Source: Candidatus Iainarchaeum sp.
GTDB lineage: Archaea > Iainarchaeota > Iainarchaeia > Iainarchaeales > 0-14-0-20-30-16
Assembly (NCBI GenBank): GCA_028710695.1
Contig: JAQTTP010000001.1
Span: forward strand, 120,001-152,000
DNA length: 32,000 nt
Reading direction: 5' to 3'
The notes under the pieces were generated by a model. That model saw only the letters and a program-made list of their open reading frames with translations, made no database searches and was not told the DNA's origin. Numbering within the stretch: the first letter of the stretch is position 1; each line of letters begins with the position of its first letter. Both the position numbers and the translations under genes were made by a program. Below are positions 1-8,045 of this stretch, one piece after another.

Positions 1-501
1 CAACAGCAAATTCTGAATGAAAATGGGGTTCCTCTGAAGAAAATATCTAATAATATTGCTTCTGAAGCCATTTTGACTAATGATAAAAACTTAATGTACT
101 TCTCTTACTTGCCCTATATTTTGTATAAAATATTGACTCAGCCACATTTATTGCATTCTCCAAGGTGGAGATCAAATAAAAAGATAATACTTGACTATGT
201 TGACTCTTTGGAAACAAAAGAGCTTACTGACTATGTTGACAGAGTGATGTATTTTATTGGAATGTTTAAAACTATTGACCGTGATCTGTATTATTACATA
301 AAGAACATTTTCGAAAAAGCAAAAGTAAAGAAAGCATCCTATTGTTATGAGCACGGACAAAGCATAAATCAAACACTGAGTTTAACTGATGCGAACAGAA
401 TAGAATTAATGCATTATCTAAATAACAGCAAAATAAATTTTGAAGTTGGAAAAGATATAATTTCTGAAAAAGTTGCAATTATTGAGGATTTTTTTAAGTA
501 A
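1..501 (+). CDS. hypothetical protein, 5'-partial (reading frame open from window edge)
   Basis: Frame 1 has no stop from nt 1 to the TAA at 499-501, so the tracked ORF 73..501 (TTG start) is probably the tail of a longer gene. Only 17 nt separate it from the next gene. I recognise no motif. Confidence 0.55.
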   Translation, partial: QQQILNENGVPLKKISNNIASEAILTNDKNLMYFSYLPYILYKILTQPHLLHSPRWRSNKKIILDYVDSLETKELTDYVDRVMYFIGMFKTIDRDLYYYIKNIFEKAKVKKASYCYEHGQSINQTLSLTDANRIELMHYLNNSKINFEVGKDIISEKVAIIEDFFK

Positions 502-518
502 TATTTGGGGCAGATGAT

Positions 519-1196
519 ATGAAATATATATTTTTTGATTCAAGTAGTATAATTTCTTTGACTCAAACGAATATGCTTTTTTTATTAGAGAAATTAAAAT
601 CAAAAGAAATAAAATTCTGTATCTCAAAAGCAGTATATGATGAAATAATACTTCCTGGCCAAGAGAATTATCAGTTTGGCTGGAGTTCAGAGCAAATAGC
701 TGCTTGTATAGAGTCTGGGCTTATCGAAGTTCTTGAACTTGAAGAAAAAGAACAGAAAGATTATGATCTAGTGGATGAACAGGTTAATTCGATTTTCTCT
801 ACAAAGTTTGGTCCAATTCAGATTCTTCAAAAAGGAGAACTAGAAACAATAATTTTGCTTAAAAGATTCAAAGAGAAAAAACTTTTTAGTATAGATGAAC
901 TAATTACCAGAGAAATAATAGATGACCCGAGGAAACTCAAAGATATTGTAGAAAGAAGATATAAAACGCAGTTGTTTTTGGATGAAAAAAAGCTTAAACA
1001 ATTTGTAGACTATGTTTCCGATATAAAGGTTGTAAGGTCTGTAGACCTGGTGGCGTATTCTTTTGGAAAAAATCTTTTTGCAAAATACAGCAAAAAGAGT
1101 GAGCACCTTCTAAAATCTCTGCTTTATGCTTTAAAAGATAGTGGTTGTGCTGTTCTGCATGAGGAAATAGATAAATATGCTGCAGAACCTCATTAA
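519..1196 (+). CDS. PIN-like domain protein with C-terminal extension (putative nuclease)
   Basis: The N-terminus MKYIFFDSSSII has the strand plus acidic residue typical of PIN domains. Further acidic positions (YDEI, GELETI, SIDE) occur at PIN-like spacing. GGGG at 508-511 (inside GGGGCAG, 508-514), 7 nt before the ATG, is a possible weak SD. The assignment is by eye. Confidence 0.5.
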   Translation: MKYIFFDSSSIISLTQTNMLFLLEKLKSKEIKFCISKAVYDEIILPGQENYQFGWSSEQIAACIESGLIEVLELEEKEQKDYDLVDEQVNSIFSTKFGPIQILQKGELETIILLKRFKEKKLFSIDELITREIIDDPRKLKDIVERRYKTQLFLDEKKLKQFVDYVSDIKVVRSVDLVAYSFGKNLFAKYSKKSEHLLKSLLYALKDSGCAVLHEEIDKYAAEPH

Positions 1197-1226
1197 TTTG
1201 TAATATAACTTCTATAAGTGATATTT

Positions 1227-1913
1227 ATGCCAAGACCAACAAGGAAAAAACCCACTTTAAGAAAAATAGCAGAAAGGGGATTTGCTTTTTCTGGAACTAC
1301 AAGGGAACATGGTCAAATTTTTGAGCGTCCACAACATAATATATTTATAGCATATAGACATGGATTTGTAGTAACAAAAGATATTTTAAAAGCCCTTATA
1401 TCTACTTTTGGAAAAAAGCACACAACAAAAGAAGGGCGAGATTCATTTAGGACCTCATTGAACTTTTCTTCTAGTTATTCAAAAAGAAATATTGATATAA
1501 AAAATGGTGAATTAATCTACACTTTTGAAAAAACGCCAGTAATACTGTATACTTATGATTATCATAATATGTTTGGGGGTACTGGGCTAGCGGAAGCTAT
1601 AAGAAAAAAACATCGTAGTCAGATGCCTTATGACGAGCCCATACATTCAAGAGCCCCTTTTCGATATTTTGAAATAACTCCTGATCTAGTGAGATCCGGT
1701 TTTGAAGTTTGGAAAAAAAGATATAACCCTACAGAAGATAGAATACATCTGGAGATTGAATGGCGTAAACGTAATAAGTGGCCATCAGATTTAGAAAGCA
1801 TTCAGACGTCAGATTTTATTCTCTTCTTAGACGATTATTTATACAAAAAATTTATAGTACATATAATCCGTGAGTATAAACAAGAGATTTCAAAAAGAAG
1901 AGTGCAAAAATAA
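1227..1913 (+). CDS. hypothetical protein (basic N-terminus MPRPTRKKPTLRK)
   Basis: 228-aa ORF, 30 nt after the previous gene on the same strand. I prefer the ATG at 1227 over the GTG at 1218. No recognisable motif. Confidence 0.6.
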   Translation: MPRPTRKKPTLRKIAERGFAFSGTTREHGQIFERPQHNIFIAYRHGFVVTKDILKALISTFGKKHTTKEGRDSFRTSLNFSSSYSKRNIDIKNGELIYTFEKTPVILYTYDYHNMFGGTGLAEAIRKKHRSQMPYDEPIHSRAPFRYFEITPDLVRSGFEVWKKRYNPTEDRIHLEIEWRKRNKWPSDLESIQTSDFILFLDDYLYKKFIVHIIREYKQEISKRRVQK

Positions 1914-1941
1914 AACTAGAAAATACACACCCAACAAATAG

Positions 1942-1949
1942 TTTATAAA
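1942..1949 (+). promoter_or_regulatory. TATA-box-like element upstream of the thioredoxin operon
   Basis: TTTATAAA lies about 50 nt upstream of the trx ATG. A GAGGTG SD at 1986-1991 sits in the predicted leader. Confidence 0.35.
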
Positions 1950-1997
1950 TCCTATGTGCAAATAAAATACACATACAAACAAAAAGAGGTGGATGAA

Positions 1998-2324
1998 ATG
2001 GCACATATAGAAGTAAATGATTCTAATTTTGATAAAGAAGTTATTGAAAAATCAAAAGACAAATACATTCTTGTTGATTTTTGGGCTCCTTGGTGTATGC
2101 CTTGTTTAATGTTAGCGCCAAATCTTGAAAAAGTTGCTGGTGAATTCAAAGGGCTTGAATTTGTGAAAGTAAATGCTGATGAGAATTCAAAGCTTGGCAC
2201 CAAGTATAAAATAATGTCAATTCCTGCAGTAAAATTATTCAAAGATGGAAAAGTTATTGACGAGTTTGTAGGATCTTTTCCGGAACAAGGAATAAGGGAC
2301 TTTTTAAAGAAAAATATAAAGTGA
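1998..2324 (+). CDS. trxA: thioredoxin
   Basis: Motif VDFWAPWCMPC (a CxxC active site; CMPC here rather than the canonical CGPC) and a thioredoxin-fold C-terminal region (IPAVKLFKDGK). The ATG at 1998 is preceded by GAGGTG; the tracked GTG at 1956 looks like an over-extension. Confidence 0.9.
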   Translation: MAHIEVNDSNFDKEVIEKSKDKYILVDFWAPWCMPCLMLAPNLEKVAGEFKGLEFVKVNADENSKLGTKYKIMSIPAVKLFKDGKVIDEFVGSFPEQGIRDFLKKNIK

Positions 2325-2326
2325 TA

Positions 2327-3223
2327 ATGATGTATGATGTAGCAATAATAGGGCTTGGCCCAGCAGGAGCAACAGCAGCAATTTATTCTGCAAGATATAA
2401 TTTAAAAACAATTGTTGTTGGCCAAGTTCCGGGCGGAACCGCAGCAGAAGCACACAAGATATGTAATTATCCTCCATTTGCAGAGATTAAAGGTTTTGAA
2501 CTTGCACAAAGGCTTTTACAACATGTACAAGCAATGAATGTAGAAGTTGTTTTTGGAAAAGTTGAAAATATAGAAAAGAAAAAAGATTTTTTTGAACTTA
2601 ATACTGGTGACAAAAAAATACAAGCAAAGAAAATAGTTATTGCTACTGGAACTAAGAGAAAACAATTAGGAATCTCTCGTGAAAACGAGTTTAGAGGGAA
2701 AGGAATAAGCTATTGTGCAACCTGTGATGGAATGTTTTATAAAAATAAAGTTGCGGGCGTTGTGGGTGGAGGAAATGCAGCACTAACTGCAGCATTACTA
2801 TTGTCAGAGTTTGCTGAAAAAGTTTACATTTTTTATAGAAAGGACAAATTCTACAAAGCAGAACCCGCATGGACTGAACAAGTTTTGAAAAATAAAAAAA
2901 TAAGTCCAATTTTTGATGTTGAAATCAAAGAACTTATTGGAAAAACAGAACTTGAAGCAGTTAAATTAAGCAACAAAAAAGAAATAAAATTAGATGGGTT
3001 ATTTGTTGAAATTGGGTCCGATCCAAACATAGCCGCAGTTGAAAGTTTGGGCGTAAAAAAAGACGAACGGGGTTACATAATAATAGACGAAAATTGTAAA
3101 ACAAACATCAAAGGTGTTTATGCCGCAGGTGATATTACTAACCACAAATTAAAACAGATTGTTGTTGCAGAAGCAGACGGCGCTGTTGCAGCCACAAATA
3201 TTTACCATGAGTTAATGCAATGA
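2327..3223 (+). CDS. trxB: thioredoxin-disulfide reductase (low-Mr TrxR type)
   Basis: FAD motif YDVAIIGLGPAGATAA, redox-active CATCDG, second dinucleotide motif VVGGGNAA and C-terminal GVYAAGD. Start is ambiguous (GTG 2321, ATG 2327 or 2330) and overlaps the trx stop. Confidence 0.9.
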   Translation: MMYDVAIIGLGPAGATAAIYSARYNLKTIVVGQVPGGTAAEAHKICNYPPFAEIKGFELAQRLLQHVQAMNVEVVFGKVENIEKKKDFFELNTGDKKIQAKKIVIATGTKRKQLGISRENEFRGKGISYCATCDGMFYKNKVAGVVGGGNAALTAALLLSEFAEKVYIFYRKDKFYKAEPAWTEQVLKNKKISPIFDVEIKELIGKTELEAVKLSNKKEIKLDGLFVEIGSDPNIAAVESLGVKKDERGYIIIDENCKTNIKGVYAAGDITNHKLKQIVVAEADGAVAATNIYHELMQ

Positions 3224-3238
3224 TCCGGAGGTGGATTT

Positions 3239-3589
3239 ATGGCGATTTCTTTTGCTTGTAAAAAGATAGATATAAATGACCTCATAAAATGCAGCTTTGG
3301 CTTTTCCAAAACGGAATTTAAAGTTTTCAACTTTCTGTTAGGAAAAGACAAACAAGCATATACTGTAGTTGACTTGGCAGATAAGGTGAAATTAGATAGA
3401 ACATCTGTACAGAGAGCCCTAAAAAAGTTAGTAGATAAAAAAATAGTTGAAAGAAGGGCAAAGAACCTTGGAAATGGCGGATTTCTTTATATCTACAAAA
3501 TACTTCACAAAGAAGACATTAAAGACAAACTGAGGACAAATATCCAAACTTGGTACAAGACTGCTGAAAATTACATAAGTGAGTGGTAG
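3239..3589 (+). CDS. winged-helix transcriptional regulator (TrmB/MarR-like)
   Basis: YTVVDLADKVKLDRTSVQRALKKLVDKKIVERR is a typical wHTH recognition helix plus wing. A GGAGGTG SD precedes the ATG, 15 nt after the trxB stop. Confidence 0.65.
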   Translation: MAISFACKKIDINDLIKCSFGFSKTEFKVFNFLLGKDKQAYTVVDLADKVKLDRTSVQRALKKLVDKKIVERRAKNLGNGGFLYIYKILHKEDIKDKLRTNIQTWYKTAENYISEW

Positions 3590-3621
3590 AAATATAAAAT
3601 AAACTATCCAAATCTATTTTT

Positions 3622-4215
3622 ATGGCAGTGATTTGTGTTTTTGGAGATAGTTTTGCTGTTGGTGCATCAGATCATAAAAAAGGTGGCTGGGCAGATCAAC
3701 TTAAAATCCACTTTTTAAAAACAAATGATGAAGTAGTAGTTTATAATTTAGGAATCCATGGCAATATAACAAATGACCTTGTTGCAAGATTTGGAGAAAT
3801 AAAAACAAGAAACCCAGATATTATAATTTTTCAAATAGGTATAAATGATTCTTCTTGTAGAAATAATGGAAAAAATCCAAGAACTACTTTGGAACAATTT
3901 GAGAAAAACATAATAAAACTTATTTCTCTTTCTAAAAAAGCAAAGACAAAACAAATCATTTTCTTGGGAATAAGCAGAGTAATTGATTCTATGGTTCAAC
4001 CTTATTTGTATAGTCCAAATAAAACGCATTTTTCTAATTTAAGGATTGAAACATATGATTCCTTATTGCAAAAGCTTTGTAAAAAGAATAAAGTGCAGTA
4101 TTTAGAAACAGCAAGTTTATTGAGCCAAAGTGAATTAAAGTATGATGGTTTACATCCCGGCCCCAAATATCATAAACGAGTTTATGAAAAAGTGAAACAC
4201 CTGTTAAGTCTATAA
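3622..4215 (+). CDS. SGNH/GDSL-family hydrolase
   Basis: Block I VFGDSFAVG, block III GINDS and block V DGLHPGP (DxxH) appear in the correct order. Confidence 0.8.
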   Translation: MAVICVFGDSFAVGASDHKKGGWADQLKIHFLKTNDEVVVYNLGIHGNITNDLVARFGEIKTRNPDIIIFQIGINDSSCRNNGKNPRTTLEQFEKNIIKLISLSKKAKTKQIIFLGISRVIDSMVQPYLYSPNKTHFSNLRIETYDSLLQKLCKKNKVQYLETASLLSQSELKYDGLHPGPKYHKRVYEKVKHLLSL

Positions 4216-4236
4216 TTAATTTATGCTGTTGTTTGT

Positions 4237-5187
4237 CTATTCAAATACACACTCCGGTGGGCTTATTGGAACGTATTCTTTCTGAAATAAGTCAATTTGA
4301 ACTATTTTAAGATCTTTAAATAGTCCAATTATTTCTTGAATTTTTTTTCTTAGATCATATGGGCTATCAACAAAAAGACCAAATTCTAAAAATGGGTCTC
4401 CAATATATTCGCCAACATAAGAAACGTCCTTCCTAAACTCTAAATGGTTGATGAGCTTCTCTTTAGTTAATTTATCATCATTAGTAATAAAAATTTCATA
4501 TTGGTAAAAATTTAATTTAAATACATCAACAAAGAGATAATATTTAATGATATAATTGCTATTTTCTAATTTTTTAATTCTTTTGCTAACTGCTTGTGGC
4601 GTTATTGGCGTTTTCTTGGATAAACTGACTAAATCTATCCTGGAATTTTTTGCTAATTCTTTTAATATTGTTTTATCAATATCATCAATATCAATGCTTT
4701 CTTCTTTTTTTATTTTGTTAATTTTTATATTTGTATTTGTATCAAAGTATTTTTCATAAAAATATCTTGTTCTTTTGTGTAATGTAAATCTATGATTTGT
4801 TATCTGGTCTTTGAATCGCAGATATAATGTTTGGAATTTATTATCTATGTCTTCTGGATCTTTTCCAATAATAGAAAATCCAAAATTCCAGGTTCCTGAT
4901 AGTTCCACAGCCCAAGAGATATAATTTGAATTGGACAAAAATTCAATAAATTCATCTTGTTTTTCCTCTTCTATATTAAGATATATGGATGCGGCAATAT
5001 ACCCTAATTTTTTATAATTTATTTCTGTTGTAAAATTAATTATTACTCCTTCTCTGATTAGCCGGCTTATCCTATAATTAACAACTTCTCTTGAGACTTT
5101 AATTTGTTTAGCAAGTGTTTTATAAGGTATTCTCGAATTCATCATCAACTTTGCTAAAATAAGTTTATCTATTCGGTCCATACACAT
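4237..5187 (-). CDS. Lrp/AsnC-family regulator with two tandem HTH+effector modules
   Basis: Two HTH_AsnC-like segments (DRIDKLILAKLMMNSRIPYKTLAKQIKVSREVVNYRISRLIREGVI and DDIDKTILKELAKNSRIDLVSLSKKTPITPQAVSKRIKKLENSNYI). Each is followed by about 100 aa resembling a RAM domain. Confidence 0.8.
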   Translation of the reverse strand: MCMDRIDKLILAKLMMNSRIPYKTLAKQIKVSREVVNYRISRLIREGVIINFTTEINYKKLGYIAASIYLNIEEEKQDEFIEFLSNSNYISWAVELSGTWNFGFSIIGKDPEDIDNKFQTLYLRFKDQITNHRFTLHKRTRYFYEKYFDTNTNIKINKIKKEESIDIDDIDKTILKELAKNSRIDLVSLSKKTPITPQAVSKRIKKLENSNYIIKYYLFVDVFKLNFYQYEIFITNDDKLTKEKLINHLEFRKDVSYVGEYIGDPFLEFGLFVDSPYDLRKKIQEIIGLFKDLKIVQIDLFQKEYVPISPPECVFE

Positions 5188-5291
5188 ATAGTAACCATAC
5201 AGGTATTTAAAGTTTTCTTTTGTAAAAAAGAAAGAAGTTTATTTTATATTTGACAAAAAACAAGTATATTTTTATTAGGTAGGGTGGTTTT

Positions 5292-6053
5292 ATGAAAAAT
5301 ATGCTTGTGGTGGCTGGTGCAAGAAGTGGTATAGGGAAGGCCTATATTGATTATTTCCAAGAAGAGTCAAAAATTATTGGAATTACTAGGACTGAGCAAA
5401 AGTATGATAACAAAAATATAACAAATTTGATTTGTGACTTAACTAATAAAGATGAATCAGATAAATTATTTGACAAAACTGATTTTTCAAGAACAGAGCG
5501 GGTAATTTTGGTACATACTGTGGGGATAGATATTTTTGAATGTAAGACATACCCAAAAATAAATAATATTAACACAATAAACCCTTTAATTTATAGTACA
5601 AATGTAAACACTTTAAAAAATGTGTGTGATAGATTAATTGAAAAATTAAGCCAATATAGAAACAATGGCAAAAATATTGCATTAACAATAGTTATGTTTG
5701 GTGCAATATCTGATAAATATAATATACCATTTTTTATGTCTTTTAGAGAGTCCAAAAAGATTTCAAAATTATACATAGAAAATTTAACTAGAAAATATAA
5801 CTGGGTGAAAGGGTTCGTTGTAAATGTAAGTACTGTGAAAACTAACCTTACTACTTCTATTCGTCCATATGCAGATACAAAATATTGGTTGCTTCCAAGA
5901 GAGGTTGTAGATAAATCAGTAGATAAAATTCTAAATCAAAAAGAACATTTTGAAGAGATACAAATCTTTAAGTTTGATCCAAACTTTGAATCAGATTATT
6001 ATTTTAATAATGATAAAATTTATAAAAAATGGATAAAAGAAATGTATGGGTAA
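5292..6053 (+). CDS. short-chain dehydrogenase/reductase-like protein (atypical)
   Basis: N-terminal Rossmann motif VVAGARSGIGKAY. An FRESK motif sits where SDRs carry the catalytic YxxxK. AGGGTGG SD before the ATG. Confidence 0.65.
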   Translation: MKNMLVVAGARSGIGKAYIDYFQEESKIIGITRTEQKYDNKNITNLICDLTNKDESDKLFDKTDFSRTERVILVHTVGIDIFECKTYPKINNINTINPLIYSTNVNTLKNVCDRLIEKLSQYRNNGKNIALTIVMFGAISDKYNIPFFMSFRESKKISKLYIENLTRKYNWVKGFVVNVSTVKTNLTTSIRPYADTKYWLLPREVVDKSVDKILNQKEHFEEIQIFKFDPNFESDYYFNNDKIYKKWIKEMYG

Positions 6054-6060
6054 AAAAGAG

Positions 6061-6133
6061 TGGGCCCAGCAGGAATTGAACCTGCGACTCCCGCCTTGTA
6101 AGGGCGATGTCATAACCGCTAGACCATGAGCCC
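6061..6133 (-). tRNA. tRNA-Val (anticodon UAC)
   Basis: 73-nt cloverleaf folded by hand: acceptor GGGCTCA/TGGGCCC, anticodon stem TCGCC/GGCGG, loop CTTACAA, T-arm GCAGG-TTCAATT-CCTGC, discriminator A. No encoded CCA. Confidence 0.95.
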
Positions 6134-6134
6134 A

Positions 6135-6148
6135 ACTTCTTAAGAAGT
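6135..6148. repeat. perfect 14-nt palindrome ACTTCTTAAGAAGT abutting the 5' end of tRNA-Val
   Basis: The sequence is identical to its reverse complement and lies 1 nt upstream of the mature tRNA 5' end. Function unknown. Confidence 0.5.
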
Positions 6149-6254
6149 AAATATACTCTTATTTGTGAGAAAAGTATAAAAAGGTATTCCTTTGGCCCCT
6201 AAATGAATATATTCTAGTTTGTGCTCTTTGTAATATGCCTTTTTGGTGAGCTTT

Positions 6255-8027
6255 ATGACTAGAAAGATGTATTTTGTGTTTATCCTGCTATTTTTCATTT
6301 TATTTGCTACTTTTGCCTTTGCTAAAAGTTATACTCTGCCAAAGGCAGAGATTTACATGAAAATAAACCCTGATGCAAGTATAGATGTTACTGAAAAAAT
6401 CCAGTTTAACTTTTCCGGATCATATACTTATGCATATAGAGACATCCCTAAAGGAGATTGGGAGTTAAGTAATATTTCTGTAAAAGAGAATGGCAAAGAG
6501 CTTGATTTTGATATTATTGATGGTTCTAGTAATACACAAATAAAGTGGTATTATTCTGCAGAAAATGAATCTAAAACTTTTGAAATAAATTATACTTTAA
6601 AGAATGCCTTAACTGTATATGATGATGTTGCAGAATTATATTGGAAGGTTTGGGGGAATAATTGGGCAGCCCCTCTTGGAGAACTTTATGGATACATAGA
6701 ACTTCCAAAAGATGTGCAAGATATTAATGATGTTTATGTATGGGGGCACCCAGAATTAAATGGAAAGATTGGATTATCTGAAAATAATAAGGTTTTGTTT
6801 CAAGTTTTCGGGATACATAGCAAACAGTTTGCAGAAATAAGAACCGCATTCCCAAAATCATATTTAGAAAAAACAGATTTTGCAATAATGAAATCAGGAT
6901 TGGGATTACAAAAGATTATAGATGAAGAAAATAGTTATACTTCTTTTACAAAACTACAAGCTACTCTGCTTATAATATTCATAATTATTCCAATTATTTT
7001 GTTTTTTGTTTTATGGTTCTTTTTTGGACGAGAACATAAAGTAGAACAAACCTCTATTTATGAAAGAGAAGTCCCCTATAATTATAGCCCAGCAATAGTG
7101 AAAGTGATATTACATCAAAATGCCGGGAGATTATCTCCTAATGATTTGGTTGGGGAATTATTTGATTTATGTTTAAAAGGAAACCTTAAACTAGAAAGAA
7201 TAAAAAAAGAAAAAGTTCTGGGAATTTTTGGAAAAGATGATTTTAAAATTCTCCTTCTTAATAGAGATAATAGCAAACTTTGTGAAAGTGAGAAATATTT
7301 GCTTTCCCTTTTAGAAGATGCTGCAGAGAATAAATATGAGGGTTTAGTTTTTAAGAAAAAAGTTAAAAACGGAACTCCAAATGAAGTTACATTAAAAGAA
7401 TTAGAAAAATTCCTGCAAGCTAATCCACATGAGGCCAGCAAATTCTTTTCTGAATGGAGAAAAAGAGTTAAAGAAGAAGTGGATAGTATGGGCTTACTTT
7501 CAAAGAGCCATAAAGCAGAATGGCTATATCTTGGATTGGTAGTTCTGAACATTATTATTGCATTTGCAGTGCTTGGTTCTTTTGCGATGACCACCATATT
7601 TGCTTCTTTAGTTGTGGCAGTAATTTTGTGGCTGGTATTCCCTGGTGCACTTCCTAATAGAACTCCAGAAGGTGCAAAGCACTATGATAAATGGATTAAA
7701 CTTAAGAAATTTTTGAAAGATTTTAGTAGCTTAAAAACCGTGCCTCCTGAATCTCTTGTGTTGTGGGAGAAATATTTAGTTTATGCAATTCCTTTAGGAG
7801 TTTCAAAAGAAGTTTCTAAAGCAATGGATTTTGCGTTTAAGGATTATTCTGGAAAACAGAAATCATCGCTGTTTGTTGGCTCATATGTTGGCTTAAGTAG
7901 TATTGGTGCGGGTACATTTGCAAATTCATTTAGTAGTGCATTCTCCACAGGCTTTAGCTCTGGTTCAGGGGGATTTGGCTCTGGGGGCGGAGGAGGAGGC
8001 GGCGGTGGTGGCGGTGGCGCCGGTTAA
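6255..8027 (+). CDS. DUF2207-family membrane protein with poly-glycine C-terminus
   Basis: Signal/anchor MTRKMYFVFILLFFILFATFAFA. The N-terminal domain SIDVTEKIQFNFSGSYTYAYRDIP resembles the DUF2207 signature. Several TM helices are present, and the tail ends in 12 consecutive Gly (7983-8018). The ATG at 6255 is preferred over the TTG at 6243. Confidence 0.8.
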   Translation: MTRKMYFVFILLFFILFATFAFAKSYTLPKAEIYMKINPDASIDVTEKIQFNFSGSYTYAYRDIPKGDWELSNISVKENGKELDFDIIDGSSNTQIKWYYSAENESKTFEINYTLKNALTVYDDVAELYWKVWGNNWAAPLGELYGYIELPKDVQDINDVYVWGHPELNGKIGLSENNKVLFQVFGIHSKQFAEIRTAFPKSYLEKTDFAIMKSGLGLQKIIDEENSYTSFTKLQATLLIIFIIIPIILFFVLWFFFGREHKVEQTSIYEREVPYNYSPAIVKVILHQNAGRLSPNDLVGELFDLCLKGNLKLERIKKEKVLGIFGKDDFKILLLNRDNSKLCESEKYLLSLLEDAAENKYEGLVFKKKVKNGTPNEVTLKELEKFLQANPHEASKFFSEWRKRVKEEVDSMGLLSKSHKAEWLYLGLVVLNIIIAFAVLGSFAMTTIFASLVVAVILWLVFPGALPNRTPEGAKHYDKWIKLKKFLKDFSSLKTVPPESLVLWEKYLVYAIPLGVSKEVSKAMDFAFKDYSGKQKSSLFVGSYVGLSSIGAGTFANSFSSAFSTGFSSGSGGFGSGGGGGGGGGGGGAG

Positions 8028-8045
8028 TAAAAACGAGATGAGAAT

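Noticed and set aside
1956-1997. GTG-initiated 14-aa extension of thioredoxin
   Set aside because: The ATG at 1998 has a GAGGTG SD and gives a standard-length thioredoxin of about 108 aa.
7115-7597. 160-aa minus-strand ORF
   Set aside because: It is antisense to the DUF2207 gene and has a low-complexity S/L/F/K-rich translation. It has no SD and no independent support.
7983-8018. G-rich tract as a possible G-quadruplex or simple-sequence repeat
   Set aside because: It is in frame and encodes the poly-Gly tail of the DUF2207 protein with mixed GGN codons. It is not an independent DNA element.
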